Assembly: GCA_021432655.1 (NCBI GenBank)
Contig: MU271539.1
Coordinates: 1 to 47,762, forward strand
Source of the DNA: Atractiella rhizophila
Lineage: Eukaryota
Direction of reading: 5' to 3'
DNA length: 47,762 nucleotides
Shown here: in pieces, positions 23,373-36,679 of the stretch
Layout: the number at the start of each line of letters is the position of its first letter
How positions within the stretch are numbered: the stretch's first letter is position 1
Program-made: the position numbers and the translations under genes
The notes under the pieces: model-generated
Databases searched by the model: none
The model's input: the letters and a program-made list of their open reading frames with translations, nothing else
Told to the model about the DNA's origin: nothing

Positions 23373-26300
23373 ATGGCTCCAAAGCAAGATATTTCCCAAG
23401 TAAAATCCTGTCAGTAGTTTATTACCTCTATACGCGTCTCCAATTGACATGGTGGAACGAAACAGTGCTTAAATCGTCTGAATCGTCGCTCAGGACTTCT
23501 TCAACGATTGAGCTTTCGAAAATTTCGGTCTCTTCGATCTTCAAATCACTGGATACATGCCTCCGCGTTTGTTTACTTCCGAAATTGTTTCAGACCGCTG
23601 AATAGATGGGAGCAGGCGAATGATTCCACAACACTCAATCGTGTTCTCTCCAATTTAACCCGTCTCCTCCAACACTCATCTCGTACTCTCGATCTTCAGG
23701 CACTTCACAAGTCCCTCCTCCACGAACTGTGTGCCACCGATCAGCTTCTGGTTCTTCGCAAGCTTCTACAAAGGAACGAGACTACCATCCAGACTTTGAG
23801 ATTGCTTTGCACTGCGGTAGCTGGGGATGGAGAGGAGGAACATGGATGTGCACGAAAGATTAAAAGCGTGCTTGAGGTGGCAGCGAAAAGTATTTCAAAG
23901 TTACTGAAGCTGGGAAAAGGTGTGCCAGATGTCGAGAATCCCCAAGGTTAGATTTACAGCCTTGTACCGCGCATTCTGAAGAAATTATTTACGTTATAGA
24001 TACCAGGACGCTGCTTATTGTCTTTTTCTTCTCGATTCTCTCTGCGGTATCGTCCAAATCTAAACTCGAAATACCACATCTTTCGAAGTTGTATGGGCTG
24101 ATATGGTCCAATATATCAAAGGACCCGCCACATACGATCCGACTCATTCTCAGCTCTACTTTTGTGGATTTTATTACCGACAATTCTATACCAGGAAAGG
24201 TAAAACTGGATGTATTGAATGAACGAAACATCACTGAGGTGCGCCTCCACCACTCTTTGGAAATCCAATCTTGGAAAGTGTCTTATTGGCTATGTGGTGA
24301 GCAGATTACGAAGCTCTATCGCCGCGATGGTACCCGAGATGACGTCCACCGATTCTACGCAGCTGTGATAGCGTGGGGAGGGGAGGCACTGGAAAGGAAG
24401 GAAGGAAAGCATGACCAAGGGCAGCGACAGACGGCCATGAGATTACTCGCTCTAGTGCTCTCCAGCTTGAACTTGATAGATGACGAGTATCAGATGGAGT
24501 TGGCGAAGGGGATTGTGCGTGTGCGACCGCAGCTGATTGCATCGTTTGTCATCCCCCCCTTTACCCTCAAACGACAGTTGCTCATTCGTGTGCGTAGGGT
24601 ATGGAATCGGCTTCAGGCTGGATTAGAAGAAACGGTGGCTTCATCGAAGTTCATTATCTCTACGCGGCTTGTGTGCCAACTTCTCATCCCTTCCGTCAAC
24701 GACACAGAACTCTTCGCTTCTGGAATGAAATATGGATCTCCTCCCTCGCTCGGCCACCTCAAAGACTTCCTTCTCCCCCCGTCATTTCGGCCATGGGCAT
24801 CCAAAGCGCTCCAGCTTGCCAACTCGTTCTATGCATCTCTTGCACTCGATGTCCTAAAAGCTCTTATTTATCGAATCCATTGCCTGTATTCCTTCGCCGC
24901 GCGCCAGGGCAAAGGCGAAGATAACTGGCTTCGCCTGAATGCTGAATTATCGACCTATTTGGGCTCAAACTTACTTCCCGATTCCCAGATACTCATCGCC
25001 CTCCTAGGTAGGACAAAGTCGGACAATGCACTTATGAAGGTGTCAATATTAGATATATTAGAGAAATACGACGATTTCCTTCCAGCCTTGCTCTCGCCGT
25101 TCCGATTCGACATCTCCAGGTTCTTCACATTCTCTCCTTCCGCCATCTCCTCCTCCTCGCATTCTTCAGAAGCTAACAAAGGAGACATGGGCCCTTCTTT
25201 CCTCCTTCTCCAAGCCCGGAGCCTCGCATACCTTCGCAAGCACGGTAGTTCGATGGGAGGTGGTGGGAAAGAAGGAGAAATATGGCATTCCCTCCTTTCC
25301 CGATCTTACCTCGGAGCGGCAATGATGGATCTAAGGACGAAAACGCTCAAGAATATTTTGATTGAGAGCCCGGCATTGTGGGGGAACGTGGAGGAAGCGG
25401 AAACGTGGATTGAAGCTGTAGAGCTACTGTTGCACTCCACCGTGGAGGAGACTGAAGCGATAAAGGAGTGGGAGGGAATCTGGACTGTGGTGGGGAGAGG
25501 AATCATGAAATATACTGCCGCGTCTGAGGAGCTTCTGACTTCATCACGCAGGCAGAAGGATTGCTGTCAGTCCGCGGCGCATTGTGGCCTGGAGAAACGC
25601 AAAGAGAAGATAGTGAGAGGGGGAGATGGGGATAGAGTGACTGTTTCTCCGCTGTTGTCGGCCACAGTGGAAGAAGCAAGGAATCAGAAGGACGAGACGA
25701 GAAAGGGAATAGCTGTTCGTTTGCTGGATATGCTTGCGATTGCCTATGCAGCTGCGGACGACTGTCTTTGTTTTTCGGAACTTATTACGGACACTCTAGG
25801 ATTGTACAAGGAAGAAAAGAAGCCATTCAAGAAAGCTTTAGCTGAAGGCAAGGTGGAAGAGGTCGAGCATTTAGTGGAAGAGCACAGAACGGAATTGGAG
25901 AGCCGTCTTATACTTCAGTCTCTTCGGTATCAGGCGGATCCTGCACTGGCACAAATGATGTTACTTCGACTAACAAATGGGCTAAAGCAACATGCGCTGG
26001 AAAGATCAAGTTCTAGGGTAAAGGAAGCCCTCCTGAGATCAACTGGATTGCCAAAAGTGATCGCGAACCTTGACTATGATCAAGTGGTTGTCGAGGGTGA
26101 CTGTCTTTCATCTGTCTTGGTTTGAAGCGTGCTATGCTGATGGCTATTGACAGGTTGCTTTCGTCTGCTTTCAGAGATCAAGTTCCCCTTCATATCCTTA
26201 GGCTCTTTCTCTCTGGTGATACAGCGCATCATTGAGATAGCGGTGAAAACAGTGAAGGTGAGCTACCCCGATTATCGTCTGTCATTTGCCAGCTGATGAG

Positions 26301-29111
26301 ACCATCATCAGCCGCTCGACTATTTGGAAAACTCAACTCGCGTCGAAGACAGATCTCTCTTCTGCTCCCTCATACCGCCAGAACAATCACGAACACTTTT
26401 CGTCCTCCTCCTGGATTTGAACACGTCTATTCCGCAAGCTTCTTCCTGGTTCTGCTCTTTCGTACCGCATCATGGCCACGTCGCACTGTTAGCAACGATT
26501 CTTTTGCAAAATGTCTCCACATTCAACTTTTTCATGGTTCACCACTCCGAGACACTCTCAACATTGGGACCTCAATCGGCAGAGCTGTTTGGAGAGCTAT
26601 CGAAAAGAATCTTGAGTTTAGACGCTTGGATTGTTCAGCAAATACGCTCGGCCGAAGGGCGAGTGACAGAAGCAGCAGATGCAGATTACTTGACTTGGAT
26701 GGTTGATGTCAATGTGCTGCATCCTCCTCTTGCGCAAATTGTTACAGCCGCTGTAGTCAAATCCTCCTCGTCACGGTCAACATTCAAAAGGTGGATCTCG
26801 AAGTGTGACTTCCTCGATGTCATCGAGACCATCGAAGCATTGTTGGATTTAAAAGAGGATTGCGACTGGTCAAGAATCACTGAACTCCTCACCAAAATGG
26901 TTGTTCGAAGATCTCCGGTGTCCAACCGCGCCTGTCACATCACCGCACGCATACTCCAATTAGCGCCTTGCAGTAAAACCTCACTCTTGGAAGTTGCCAA
27001 ATCTACTCCAACCGTATTCTCTGGCACCATGCTTCAATTGTTATCGTTAGCTCACCCTGCAGGTCAAGTGGTCGATTATTTGGATCAAGGCCTTCTTTGG
27101 TTAGTGAGAAGATTTGCCGAGGACGCTGAAGACGGTGCAATGACGGTTGGTTTTGTGGAAGGAATATGTGAGTTTTATCACTTGACACTTTCATTTTAAG
27201 TAATGTCGGGTATAGCGTCGATAGCAGTTGAAGATGACTTCAGCTGGCCTTTGAAGACCCATATTCTGGACCCTTTATTCACAGCTGCCTTCCAGAACCG
27301 ACTAGAAAAGCCTTACGCGATGGAATTGTTGGCACGTCTGCTTTCTAGGTTTCCCAAAATGGTGCGGTCAACATAGAAACCTTTGAGGTACTGATGCTTT
27401 TTCATTCAAAGAATGCGACAAAACTTCTGCAAATGATTATCAGTCATCGCTCTCTCAAACCTGCACTCTCATTATCGTCACTAGCGCGTATATGGATCGT
27501 TCGTATCCTCGAAATATTGTTCACAGCTTCACCACAACAATGCATCAACAGTGGGGTGGTAGATGTTCTCCTCTCTCACTATCACCACACGACATCCGCA
27601 GCCGATATCATTATCCGAGATGTTCTCTGCAAAGCCGAGTTTCTGTTCAACTTCAATGTCTCTGATTTGGTTACCTCACAATACAATAGGAAGCGGCTCG
27701 TTGAATACATCCATAGTCTGGATTCCGAGAAGGCTCGACGCACATGTCGCTTCGTGCTACGGCCGGATCGTGCAAGCAGAGAGGAAGATGTGTATGATGT
27801 CCAGTTTCTCCTTCCCTTGCTGGGAGCTACATTCGAGGGAGGCAAGCTACATGAGGAGATTCTCGCGTCAGACATTTTCCCTATTGTATTCTTGGGCCTC
27901 TCTTCTCCTTTCATGGACGTCAGGAGGATGTCTAGGGCCGTTCTAATGAGAATCCAAGAAGGGATCAAGGTGTGTATATGTGGGAAGTGCATAAGAATGT
28001 CGGCTGACAGCCTGGCAGGCTTCGCCTTTGGAAGAGATGACTCTCATCCTGTCTCAACTGCAAAATATCTTTGTCCAGGAATCGCATCCTCGGATATCAG
28101 CCGTTGTCACAATGTACCTAGCCCAAAGTTTTCAAAGTATCTTCAGTCCAGAGACGGAGGTTTACGTGTCCAGCATTCGATTCTTCCTTCAACGACCCGA
28201 GATCGATACGGAGGACGTGCCGCTAATTTATCCTTCCCTCTTCCCAGCTTCTCGAGAAAGGAGGAGGGAGATGATAAGGTTTGTAGAGTATCTCAAAGAG
28301 GCAATGGTCACCTATCAAGTACGTATGCTCCTGCTCCTCAGTTTGCGGAAATAATAGCGGAGAGCTTAGGACTGGAAGATCCTTCGCCGGAGACAAGTTT
28401 GGGAACTGCTGACCAATTTGGCAACATCAAGAGATAACGAGTTACGGCGGATATCACTGGAGGTGAGTGTCTTTATGTTTCGCGGCTAGTATTTACTTGC
28501 TCTCCAGTTTATGGCCAATGCCGTGCGTGATGAGAAGACAACGAAAGATCTTGTCCTCCGTCTAGGGCTCCTTGCGTGGCTTCGACACTATCCGCCGTCA
28601 ACAAGCGACGATGAGGCCATGGCTTTCATCAGGCTTCTCCATAGCCTCTCCATCAGTCCCGGGCTTCCGAAACGTCCAGAGTACCTCTTTGATCTCACGG
28701 ATGCGCTTAGAAAATGGTCGTCGCTTCCTGTGGGACGATCAATCACCTTATCCACGATCCGACAGCTCAGCGTCTGGTCTCTGGAGGCCTTTGACCGCCT
28801 GGTTGTCCAGGTTGCTCATCACAACCTTCTTCAGATGCTGGACAAGTTCCAACTCGAGGACCTGAACCTGGAAGAAGAAATAAGGAACTTTCACGACTCG
28901 GCTGCAAGGCTACATTATTCACTTTCAACAGGCTCTTCCGAGCGCCTGTTCCGAAAAACCATTCATTTTGTTGCTCAAAATTGCAGAGATTGGGATCTCG
29001 CGCCGCCTCAATTTCTGCTCGAAAAGCAACAGGAATGACCATTCGTTTCTGATGGCTTGCGTTTGTTCACTAGGTTATCAGCGGTCATGACATTCGATAC
29101 CCGAGTCCCAT
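23373..29111 (+). CDS. URB1: Nucleolar pre-ribosomal-associated protein 1 (Urb1/Npa1), large multi-exon helical protein; ends approximate
   Basis: Contiguous Leu-rich exons (ORFs 23508, 24089, 26324, 27394, 28028, 28511). C-terminal NopRA1-like FFLQRPEIDTEDVPLIYPSLF...DWKILRRRQVWELL and N-terminal Npa1-like DTRTLLIVFFFSIL...LYGLIWSNISKDPPHTIRLIL. Confidence 0.78.
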
Positions 29112-29206
29112 AGACATAAACAAAATGTAAAAACAGTCATACTTTTTGACCTGACTTAATCATCCCTATCCTCTTATCCATGGGTATCTACATGAAAACA
29201 ATGGCA

Positions 29207-32128
29207 TCACCTAGCCAATTTCGCCAATCTGGATCCCCCACTAACTGAGCTTGAGAGCGAAGGCAACCGGGAGAGTGGCCTTTCTTCTCCTTTGTCACCT
29301 TCTCTGGCACCGACGGGAGGACCTCTCCCCATCTTCGCTAATAGCGCAGCAGCCCTCGCAGAGGGTTGCCTCGTTCCAGAGAGCGAAGATACACTCGCGG
29401 CTCTTGATAGAGAAGGAAGTTTGGAGGCACCAAACTCGTCCACTGACGCCTTGCGTGTGAGAGTCCTTCCACTCTGGCTCGTCGACCTCCCGTAGTCTAT
29501 TGAAGCGTGTCTGGAAAGCCTGTTAGGTGGGCCGCCGTTGTTTGTGACAGATGACGCATCAATGGACGCTTTTCTTGACGGCAGTCTGGAACTTCCATCG
29601 TTGGTGATGGCACCTGGGTTACGGGAAGAAGAGGCAGTAGTTCCTCCACGACTTGAAGGACGCGAAGGAGGAGCCATCATATCCACCGACGGTTTTCTGA
29701 TTTTGGAGGATGTGGTGGTGGATTTGGACTGAGGAGCAGCTGGAACAGCAAAAGAATCGTTGGAAGTACGACGAGTCATTCGAACCGTGGTAGTTTGACA
29801 AGGAGGCTGTGCAAACTCGTCCTTCGACGCTCTTCGAGCGAGTTTAGAGATACCACTGGATACAGGAGGTTTTGGTTTCGGCAGCCCTCTCGTCGCCAAT
29901 CTAGACATTGAAGTGTTCAGGTTCTCCTTCGCGCCAGCCCCTCCTGTAACCTGAGATGGGAGGTTAAGCTGTCGACTGGGGGGTCTTCTCGTAGGACTTG
30001 GGTTCCTGCTCCTAGCCTTCTCCGGAGAAGGAAGGATGGCCTCTTTGCTCGTCTTCTTCGCCCATCGCTCCACCCCCTTACTCTTCCCTTCCACTTCTAC
30101 TCCCACATCCGTGGAAGCTTCGTGGTTCAAGAACTCCTCCAGCGCTTTCTCAGTCAATGCCCCGCCTCCTCCTGCACGGAGAGACCTGATGTCATCCACT
30201 TTCTTCTTTCGCTCGTCCTCCCCCGCGCGCTTCATCTCTTTGATACGTTCGAGAAGTCGTGAGCCTTTGATGGTCGACTTTTTCTCGTTTGTCAACGGAA
30301 TGATTGGAGGAAGAGGTGGGAGATTAGAAATATCCAGTGTGGTAGTAGACTCCTGTAACATAATAGTCTCACCCATTCTATACCAACGGAAAGGATCAGC
30401 TTTGCTCCATCAATTCATGAAGCGAAACACGTACATATCTCTCGTTCCCTCCTCCTTAAAGGCTTCCAACAAGCCCTTCAAATCCTTCGTGTCTCCCTCC
30501 ATTCCCAACACCTCACTTCTCCCACCTCCCTCAGCGTCCAAAGTCGCCTCTTTCCTTCTCACCAACCCTCCACTCTTCTCACTCTGTCTACTCCCACTGC
30601 TCCCACTCCCAATCGAAGGCGGCGTATCGCCCCCTCTCAACAAATCCAGTTGAACCCGCTTCGCCGGCGTTCGAGGACGGGAAGCATCGCGGCGACGGAC
30701 AGTTCCTTCTTCCTTGTTCGTTCGTGTTCTTCCAGACCGGACCGTTCCCATCTCGTTTTCCTTCGGGAGAGTTCGCGAGGCACGAATGGTGCCGAATTCT
30801 TCTACAACCTGCGTTGGGGGAGGGAGGACGCGTCCTGCTCTCATGGTCCCTTCTTCTCCCTCCCGCTGGGAAACGAGCACCCTCCCCGCGCGCCGTATCG
30901 TTCCTTCCCCTTCGACTCCGTCTTTCTCCCGAGAGGATAACAAGACCCTTCCAGCCCGCAATGTGCTCTGTTCCCTGGTTTTGCTTGGACTGGGTAACGG
31001 AGAAGACGACTGGGAGTCGATTTCGTCCGTTTGGAGCTTGAGTACCTTGTTGGAGGAAGAAGTGGGAGTGGAAGTGGAGATTGGACGTCGTGTTGGGGTT
31101 GGATGCCAGGAGGAGAGGGTGAGGTCGGTTTGGTCGAGGAGGAAGGAAGAGCCCTCGTTCATTAGCAGGTTCGAGGTCACATCTTGGTCTAGGTTCAGTC
31201 CTAGATTGAGGGTGGAGTTCATGAGGGATGCGGAGTGGGAGTAGCAGTGGAAGGTGGAGTCGTTTGGGGTTCCTAAGGCGGAAGATGGACGAATGGATTG
31301 TGATAGGAGTGCTGTGCAACCTTGCGTCAGCTTCTTGGTAATTTGGAAGAGAAGAAACATACGCTTGGGGGATTCAGTGTCGTAGTAGTTGTTGAACCTT
31401 TCAGAGACGGAGGGAGAGGAAACAGACACGCTCCTGCTCCTCGAATGCTTCTTATTTCCCCTCTCTCCCCTCTTCCATACCGCTTCCTCCCTGTCACTCT
31501 CTAATAATCTTGCTCCCAAATCCAGTCCCACTGCTCCTCCTAAGACTGGAAAGGCAGACGTACTCTTCTTCAAGATACTGCTAGGCTCCCTAACCCTCTC
31601 GTTCGGCGTAGGCTTCCTGATGGTGGAAGGAGGAGAATCCGAAGAGAAAAAGTGAGTTTCCTCCTTCACCTTCTTCTTCTTTCTCTCCTCCGACGTACCC
31701 TTCTTCTGCGTCCAAGGAGTAGCAAGGACATCCCTCCTTCCCACATCTCCATCTCCCTCCTTCACATCCACCTCCACTTCGTTCAAAAGCCCAAGCGTCG
31801 ACGTATCCGACAAGAGAGAAGAGTCTCCCGGTCGAAAGTTGGCCGCGAAATGCACCCCTTTCCTCGTCGACGCTGCATCTCCGGCCCCAGACTTTCCCAA
31901 CGCGCTCCGTCCAAGCGTCAACGCAGAAGGAGCGGGAGTAGCAAGATCTATGAGCTGCTCTTTTCGACGCGGGGGAGATGAGACGAGGGGCAGAGGACGA
32001 CGGGGTCGGTTGTATGGGTTGAGTAGGGCGGAGGTGAAGGGTGTCGCTGGGACGGGGTTGGCGCGTGGAAGAGAGGGCGATGGCGGGAGTGGGACTGAAA
32101 GAGGGTCGAATTGTGATAATAGATCCAT
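29207..32128 (-). CDS. Uncharacterised low-complexity Ser/Arg/Pro-rich protein (2-3 exons)
   Basis: ORFs of 572 aa and 389 aa joined by an intron at ~30434-30378 (gtacgt...gtatag); a probable in-frame intron near 31315-31363. No recognisable folded domain. Confidence 0.8.
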
Positions 32129-32335
32129 ATTTCTTGTTTGTTCGCTGCGACCAACTCGCTAACTTGTTGGATGTCAAGATCAAACTCAAAGACGCGTTTT
32201 TGGCACGTGAGCGGTATATTGTCCCCTAAGGGCAGAAGGTAAGAATACGTCATGGTTTGTCTCAATTTGGGCTTATCACTTGACCTGTTCTTCCCCAAAG
32301 AAAGAAACGACGACACGACAAATTCAGCGGCAATC

Positions 32336-33076
32336 ATGATTCTCCCTCTCCTCGCTCTCCTTCCCCTCTCAGCCTTCGCCAATCCGCTCCCCGGCGCAAA
32401 CGACCGGCTCCTCCAATTCTCCTCCGACGCTATCTCCGCCGGCGCTTCCCTCTCCTCCCTCGTCTCAGGAGGCGTCAAGACCAACACTCGCTGGTCCTTC
32501 TCCGACTGCGGTCAGTCTCTTCCGTTCGCTCATGCGCATAGGTGATGGGTGGTCTGACGTTGGTCGGCTGCGGATGATAGGAGAACCTGATGATGCCATC
32601 ATTATCGAGGAACTCACCGTCAACCCCGACCCTCCACAGGCGGGAAAGACGCTGACCATAGACGCGACCGGATTGGTGCAGACCGAAATCAAGGAGGGAT
32701 CATACGCTAACGTCTTGGTTAAATTGGGGTTGATAAAGATCTTAAACAAGACCTTTGACATCTGCGAAGAGCTGTATGTCTCTTCCCAAACCCTCCACTA
32801 TTGTCTGAACGACATGCTGTGTTTGTGCGCTTGGTGTGTAGGGAGAACGCGAACTCGACCCTCCGCTGTCCCATCCAACCCGGTAGATATACCATCCAAC
32901 AATCCGTCGAACTTCCAAAGGAGATTCCAAAGGCTAAATTCCTCGTCAGCGCCCGTGCTTTCACTCAGGATGATGAGCCGATGGCGTGTGCGGATATTAT
33001 GATTGATTTCATGATTGGTGCGTCCTTTTCTTTTCTGCCAGTGATGGAGTGGGGACATATGGCTGAAACTATTTGA
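32336..33076 (+). CDS. NPC2: ML-domain lipid transfer protein (Npc2 / PG-PI transfer protein), 3 exons
   Basis: Signal peptide MILPLLALLPLSAFANP; WSFSDCG|EPDDAIIIEELTVNPDPPQAGK...VKLGLIKILNKTFDICEEL|ENANSTLRCPIQPG...LPKEIPKAKF...MACADI. Confidence 0.93.
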
Positions 33077-33708
33077 TGTCGTAGGCCATAATTAATTGCG
33101 TACGAGGGAGGATGCGGAGCAGTGCGTTTTGGTGGAGGTGGCAGACTGTACATTATTAGTCTTGAGTGATACGTATTGAGGAGTGAGTTGACGTTATGAG
33201 AGAAGGTGTGCCGTTTCTTCCTCCATGCTAAGGTTTCTGCTCCTCGCTGTCTTACTCCGCATTTTTCCCTTCATAAGGGTGTTAAAGCCTGAGACCATGC
33301 ATTCACGAGTGCCCAATTGTTGCTGACAGCTACTGTGCATTTGGTTCGGCTGTTCTAAGAAGCTGCTGCTGCGGTCTAACTTGCCACAGCTCTTGTTATC
33401 TTTGCTCCTATCACATTCCTAAACCTAGAGTGACGAGCGGGTGTTAATGGGTGTTAAGAGGTTTTATTCCCATAATTATTGAGCGGAGGTTGACTGGCAA
33501 TTCTCTGGCGTACTGCTGGTTTCTTCAACAAACCTTACCACTGAATTTCAGAATGATTTTCGTTCAATAATTTCAAGAATTCATGGTACTCATGCTCGTG
33601 AAAACCTCACCAGCGTCTACGTAACAATTGGGGCCTTCTTATGAAGAGAGAACAGAAGCCAGAAACACTCAATGTCCATAACTTGTCCATCCTTTCTCAA
33701 ATTTTGAG

Positions 33709-36679
33709 CTTAGAGAAGGAAGGCAAGGCTGGCGACGGCAAAGAATGCAACTGTCGCCGTGCTTGTTTGGAGTAAGCTCGCAGACGAATTGTCACTCTCC
33801 CTGTTCCCCGACTAGAGTGGTTGTCAGATCTGTAATGCAGACATTAATATTAAAAGATGGTAGACGTACCGCATTGGTGGCTGCTCCTGAAAGCGTGGCG
33901 TTTGTGGACACGGTGATGTCGTTTGTGCAGTTCTTGCTCCAATCCGAAATGGTGATGTTGTCGATCCGGAGGGTGAAGACACTATCCGTGCTAGGTTTAA
34001 TTCCTTCGCCCATTTATGGAGGTAGAACGTACCTCTGAGGAGAAATAGAAAAGATATCGTTTCCTGCCGCTGTCCCTATGAAAGTGAAAGGAACAAATGG
34101 ACCTTGACACGAATTGTTATGAGGTCTTAGGGGTAAGCAATTACATACCTGCATCGGCCGTCCCAGTTGGGACAGACACAGTCTCGTTGAGACTTCCAAA
34201 CTTGACGAGGGTATCGATCGGGTCATCAGCCAACGCGAAAGCGTAGAAGCTGACGGTGCTGCATACCAGTCGTATCAGAGACATGCAACGGTACCGTGAG
34301 CGACCGAGAACACATACTAGTTCACTCCAGCCTCTGCCGCTGTGCCCTGAGAGAGAGTGGTGAAATTAAACAGGGTGCCGTAACTTCCATCACCATCCGG
34401 CGCAATCGATCTTCCTGAATCCACGCCGCATAGGGAGGAATTGCTTCCAGGAGCGCGTGCGCAAGTCCATGGATCGACGCTCGTCGTGGAAAGCGTGAAG
34501 CCTCCATCGGATAGGAGGTTGGGGAAGCAGGTGCACACTGCTGCAGCGTTCGAGATCTCGAGATTAGTGAAGCCCAGAGTCGCCGCGCCGAGAGGCGTGA
34601 TTCCGAATGTGTCGTTGCCTGCGGCGACGCTGTAGAACGTTATATTCTGGAAAGGAACTGGAAATGGTTCTCAGCATCGACTAGCTACCGACACGAAAAG
34701 GGGGATGGTTACCTGTACCCGAGGCGTTCACGTTGAGAATGGAAATGGTTTGATGGAAAGAGCCGAATTGGACCAAGGCATCAACACTGTCCACATCCGT
34801 CACGAATGCCTGGAAGGAAACGGTGTAATTCGTTCCCGCTACTGCAGCAGTTTCGTAGTTCAGGGTCGAGAAGTTCGCCAGCGTTGCATACTTTGTATCA
34901 ATACCCGTCACATTCGTCCCATCCACGAGTGCTGCAATACCCAAGTCAATACTTCTAACTTTCCAAATCAGCATTCGACGTACCACAAGCACCAGCGGTG
35001 GAGCACTCGAACGGTGCAAACGAAGTATTTGATGCCTCAAAGCCTCCATTAACGACCAGATTTGGAGCACAAACCGTTCGATTGCTGGGAGGTGTCGGGG
35101 TGGCAGTCGGGAGAGCAACGACGATAGTTGTTGTAGAACTAACCAGGATACTTGTTGGAGTACCAGCAGAGGTTGCCACGGAAGTGCTGACGATCACACT
35201 TGGGACAAGTCCAACCGAAGTCGTCACTTCTACAACAGTCGTTACTTCTCCTCCGCCTCCTGCGGGAGTCGAGACGCTTGTGGTCTCGATAACCGTGGGA
35301 ACTGTGATAGTCGGAGGATCTGCGCAGAGCTATTCAGACACCAACTTAAAAACAAGTAGTTATCGTACTCGGAGTGGTGGCGGTTGGAGAGCCTGTTGGA
35401 GAATCTGTGACGACTGGTCAATCAATTGACTAATGGGACAAAATAAGGGCCAACCTGTAGGTGGCGGTACATCAGTTCCTGTATTTGTAGGAGAGGTAGT
35501 GGGAGTATTCGTACCAGTGGGAGTGTTAGTGGGCGTAGTCGTAGGGGTATCGGTCGGAGGAGTATTAGTACCTGTAGGGGTAGTTGTGGGAGTATTCGTG
35601 CCAGTGCCGGTTGGAGTAGTCGTGGGAGTATCAGTAGGAGTTGTGGTGGGAGAATCTGTGGGAGGAGGCGAGGTATCGGTAGGGATGGTGGTGGTGCCTG
35701 TAGGAGTCGTTGTGGGAGAGTCTGTGGGAGGAGGTCCAGTATCAGTAGGGGTTGTGGTGGGAGTATCTGTAGGAGTTGTAGTGGGAGAGTCTGTGGGAGG
35801 GGGACCAGTATCGGTAGGAGTTGTAGTTGGAGTATCTGTGGGAGTCGTGGTGGGAGAGTCTGTGGGAGGGGGGCCAGTATCGGTAGGGGTTGTGGTGGGA
35901 GAGTCTGTGGGAGGCGGCCCAGTATCAGTAGGGGTTGTAGTGGGAGAGTCCGAAGGAGGTGGCCCATCAGTTGGAGGGGTTGTAGTCGGCGAATCAGAAG
36001 GAGGGGGACCATCAGTTGGTGGAGTTGTGGTAGGAGAATCGGATGGAGGAGGCCCATCATCTTGACGCTTTCTGTGAAGCCTAGCAGGTACAATTGAAAT
36101 CGAAGAGACGACAATAGATCGACTCGATAGTGGGGTCAATGTCAGCTTCTCCTCTCCGGATGCACGAGCAAACACTGTGTAGTCATCGAAGCCTATCACA
36201 ACTCAATTGAACATCCGGATAAATAGCCAGAGAGGTAATGACGCGAACCATTAAAATTTGGGTAGACGTCCACAGTCATGTGGAAGTCTCCAAATTGTAT
36301 GAGGGTTGCGATCATGTCGTCATCAACTGCCGCCGCGGAGAAAGTTATAGCACTTCATTCCTTATCAGAACATGAAGATTATTATCTGAAAGATAAACGC
36401 ACTATTCCTCTCCCTCCTTTACAGGAACGGTCCGGGATAGTGTGCCATAGGAAGAGACTTTGATGTGCTCTCCTCTCGTCCGAGCGAACCAAGGAAGCAC
36501 TCCTTGAGCTAACCATTAATTCCTCATGAGTATCGCTCCATCGATCGCAAACAACACTCACAGCACAAAGAAGGATTTGAACACTCCCAAGACCCCTTCC
36601 CAAACCTCTCCACTCCAAACAATAACTCTTGGGCATCCACTATGCCAAGCGCCACAGCTGCAAAGATCGCCCTCTTCAT
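33709..36679 (-). CDS. Secreted/cell-surface mucin-like protein: signal peptide, N-terminal domain, Thr/Pro repeat stalk, Cys-containing beta-sandwich-like modules; 3' end approximate
   Basis: MKRAIFAAVALGIVDAQ signal; Kex2-like KR before QDDGPPP; PTDSPTTT repeats; CAPNLVVNGGFE and CFPNLLSDGGF starts resemble galactose-binding-like/CBM4-9 modules (inference). Confidence 0.75.
35480..36058 (-). repeat. Coding minisatellite (~39-nt GPPPTDSPTTTPTDT-type units interspersed with 24-nt PTTTPTDT units)
   Basis: Visible in ORF 35360-36199. Third codon positions vary between units. Confidence 0.95.

Noticed and set aside
35433..36065. Val/Gly-rich ORF on plus, and the Leu/Pro-rich ORF 35422-36114
   Set aside because: These are shadow frames of the Thr/Pro coding repeat.
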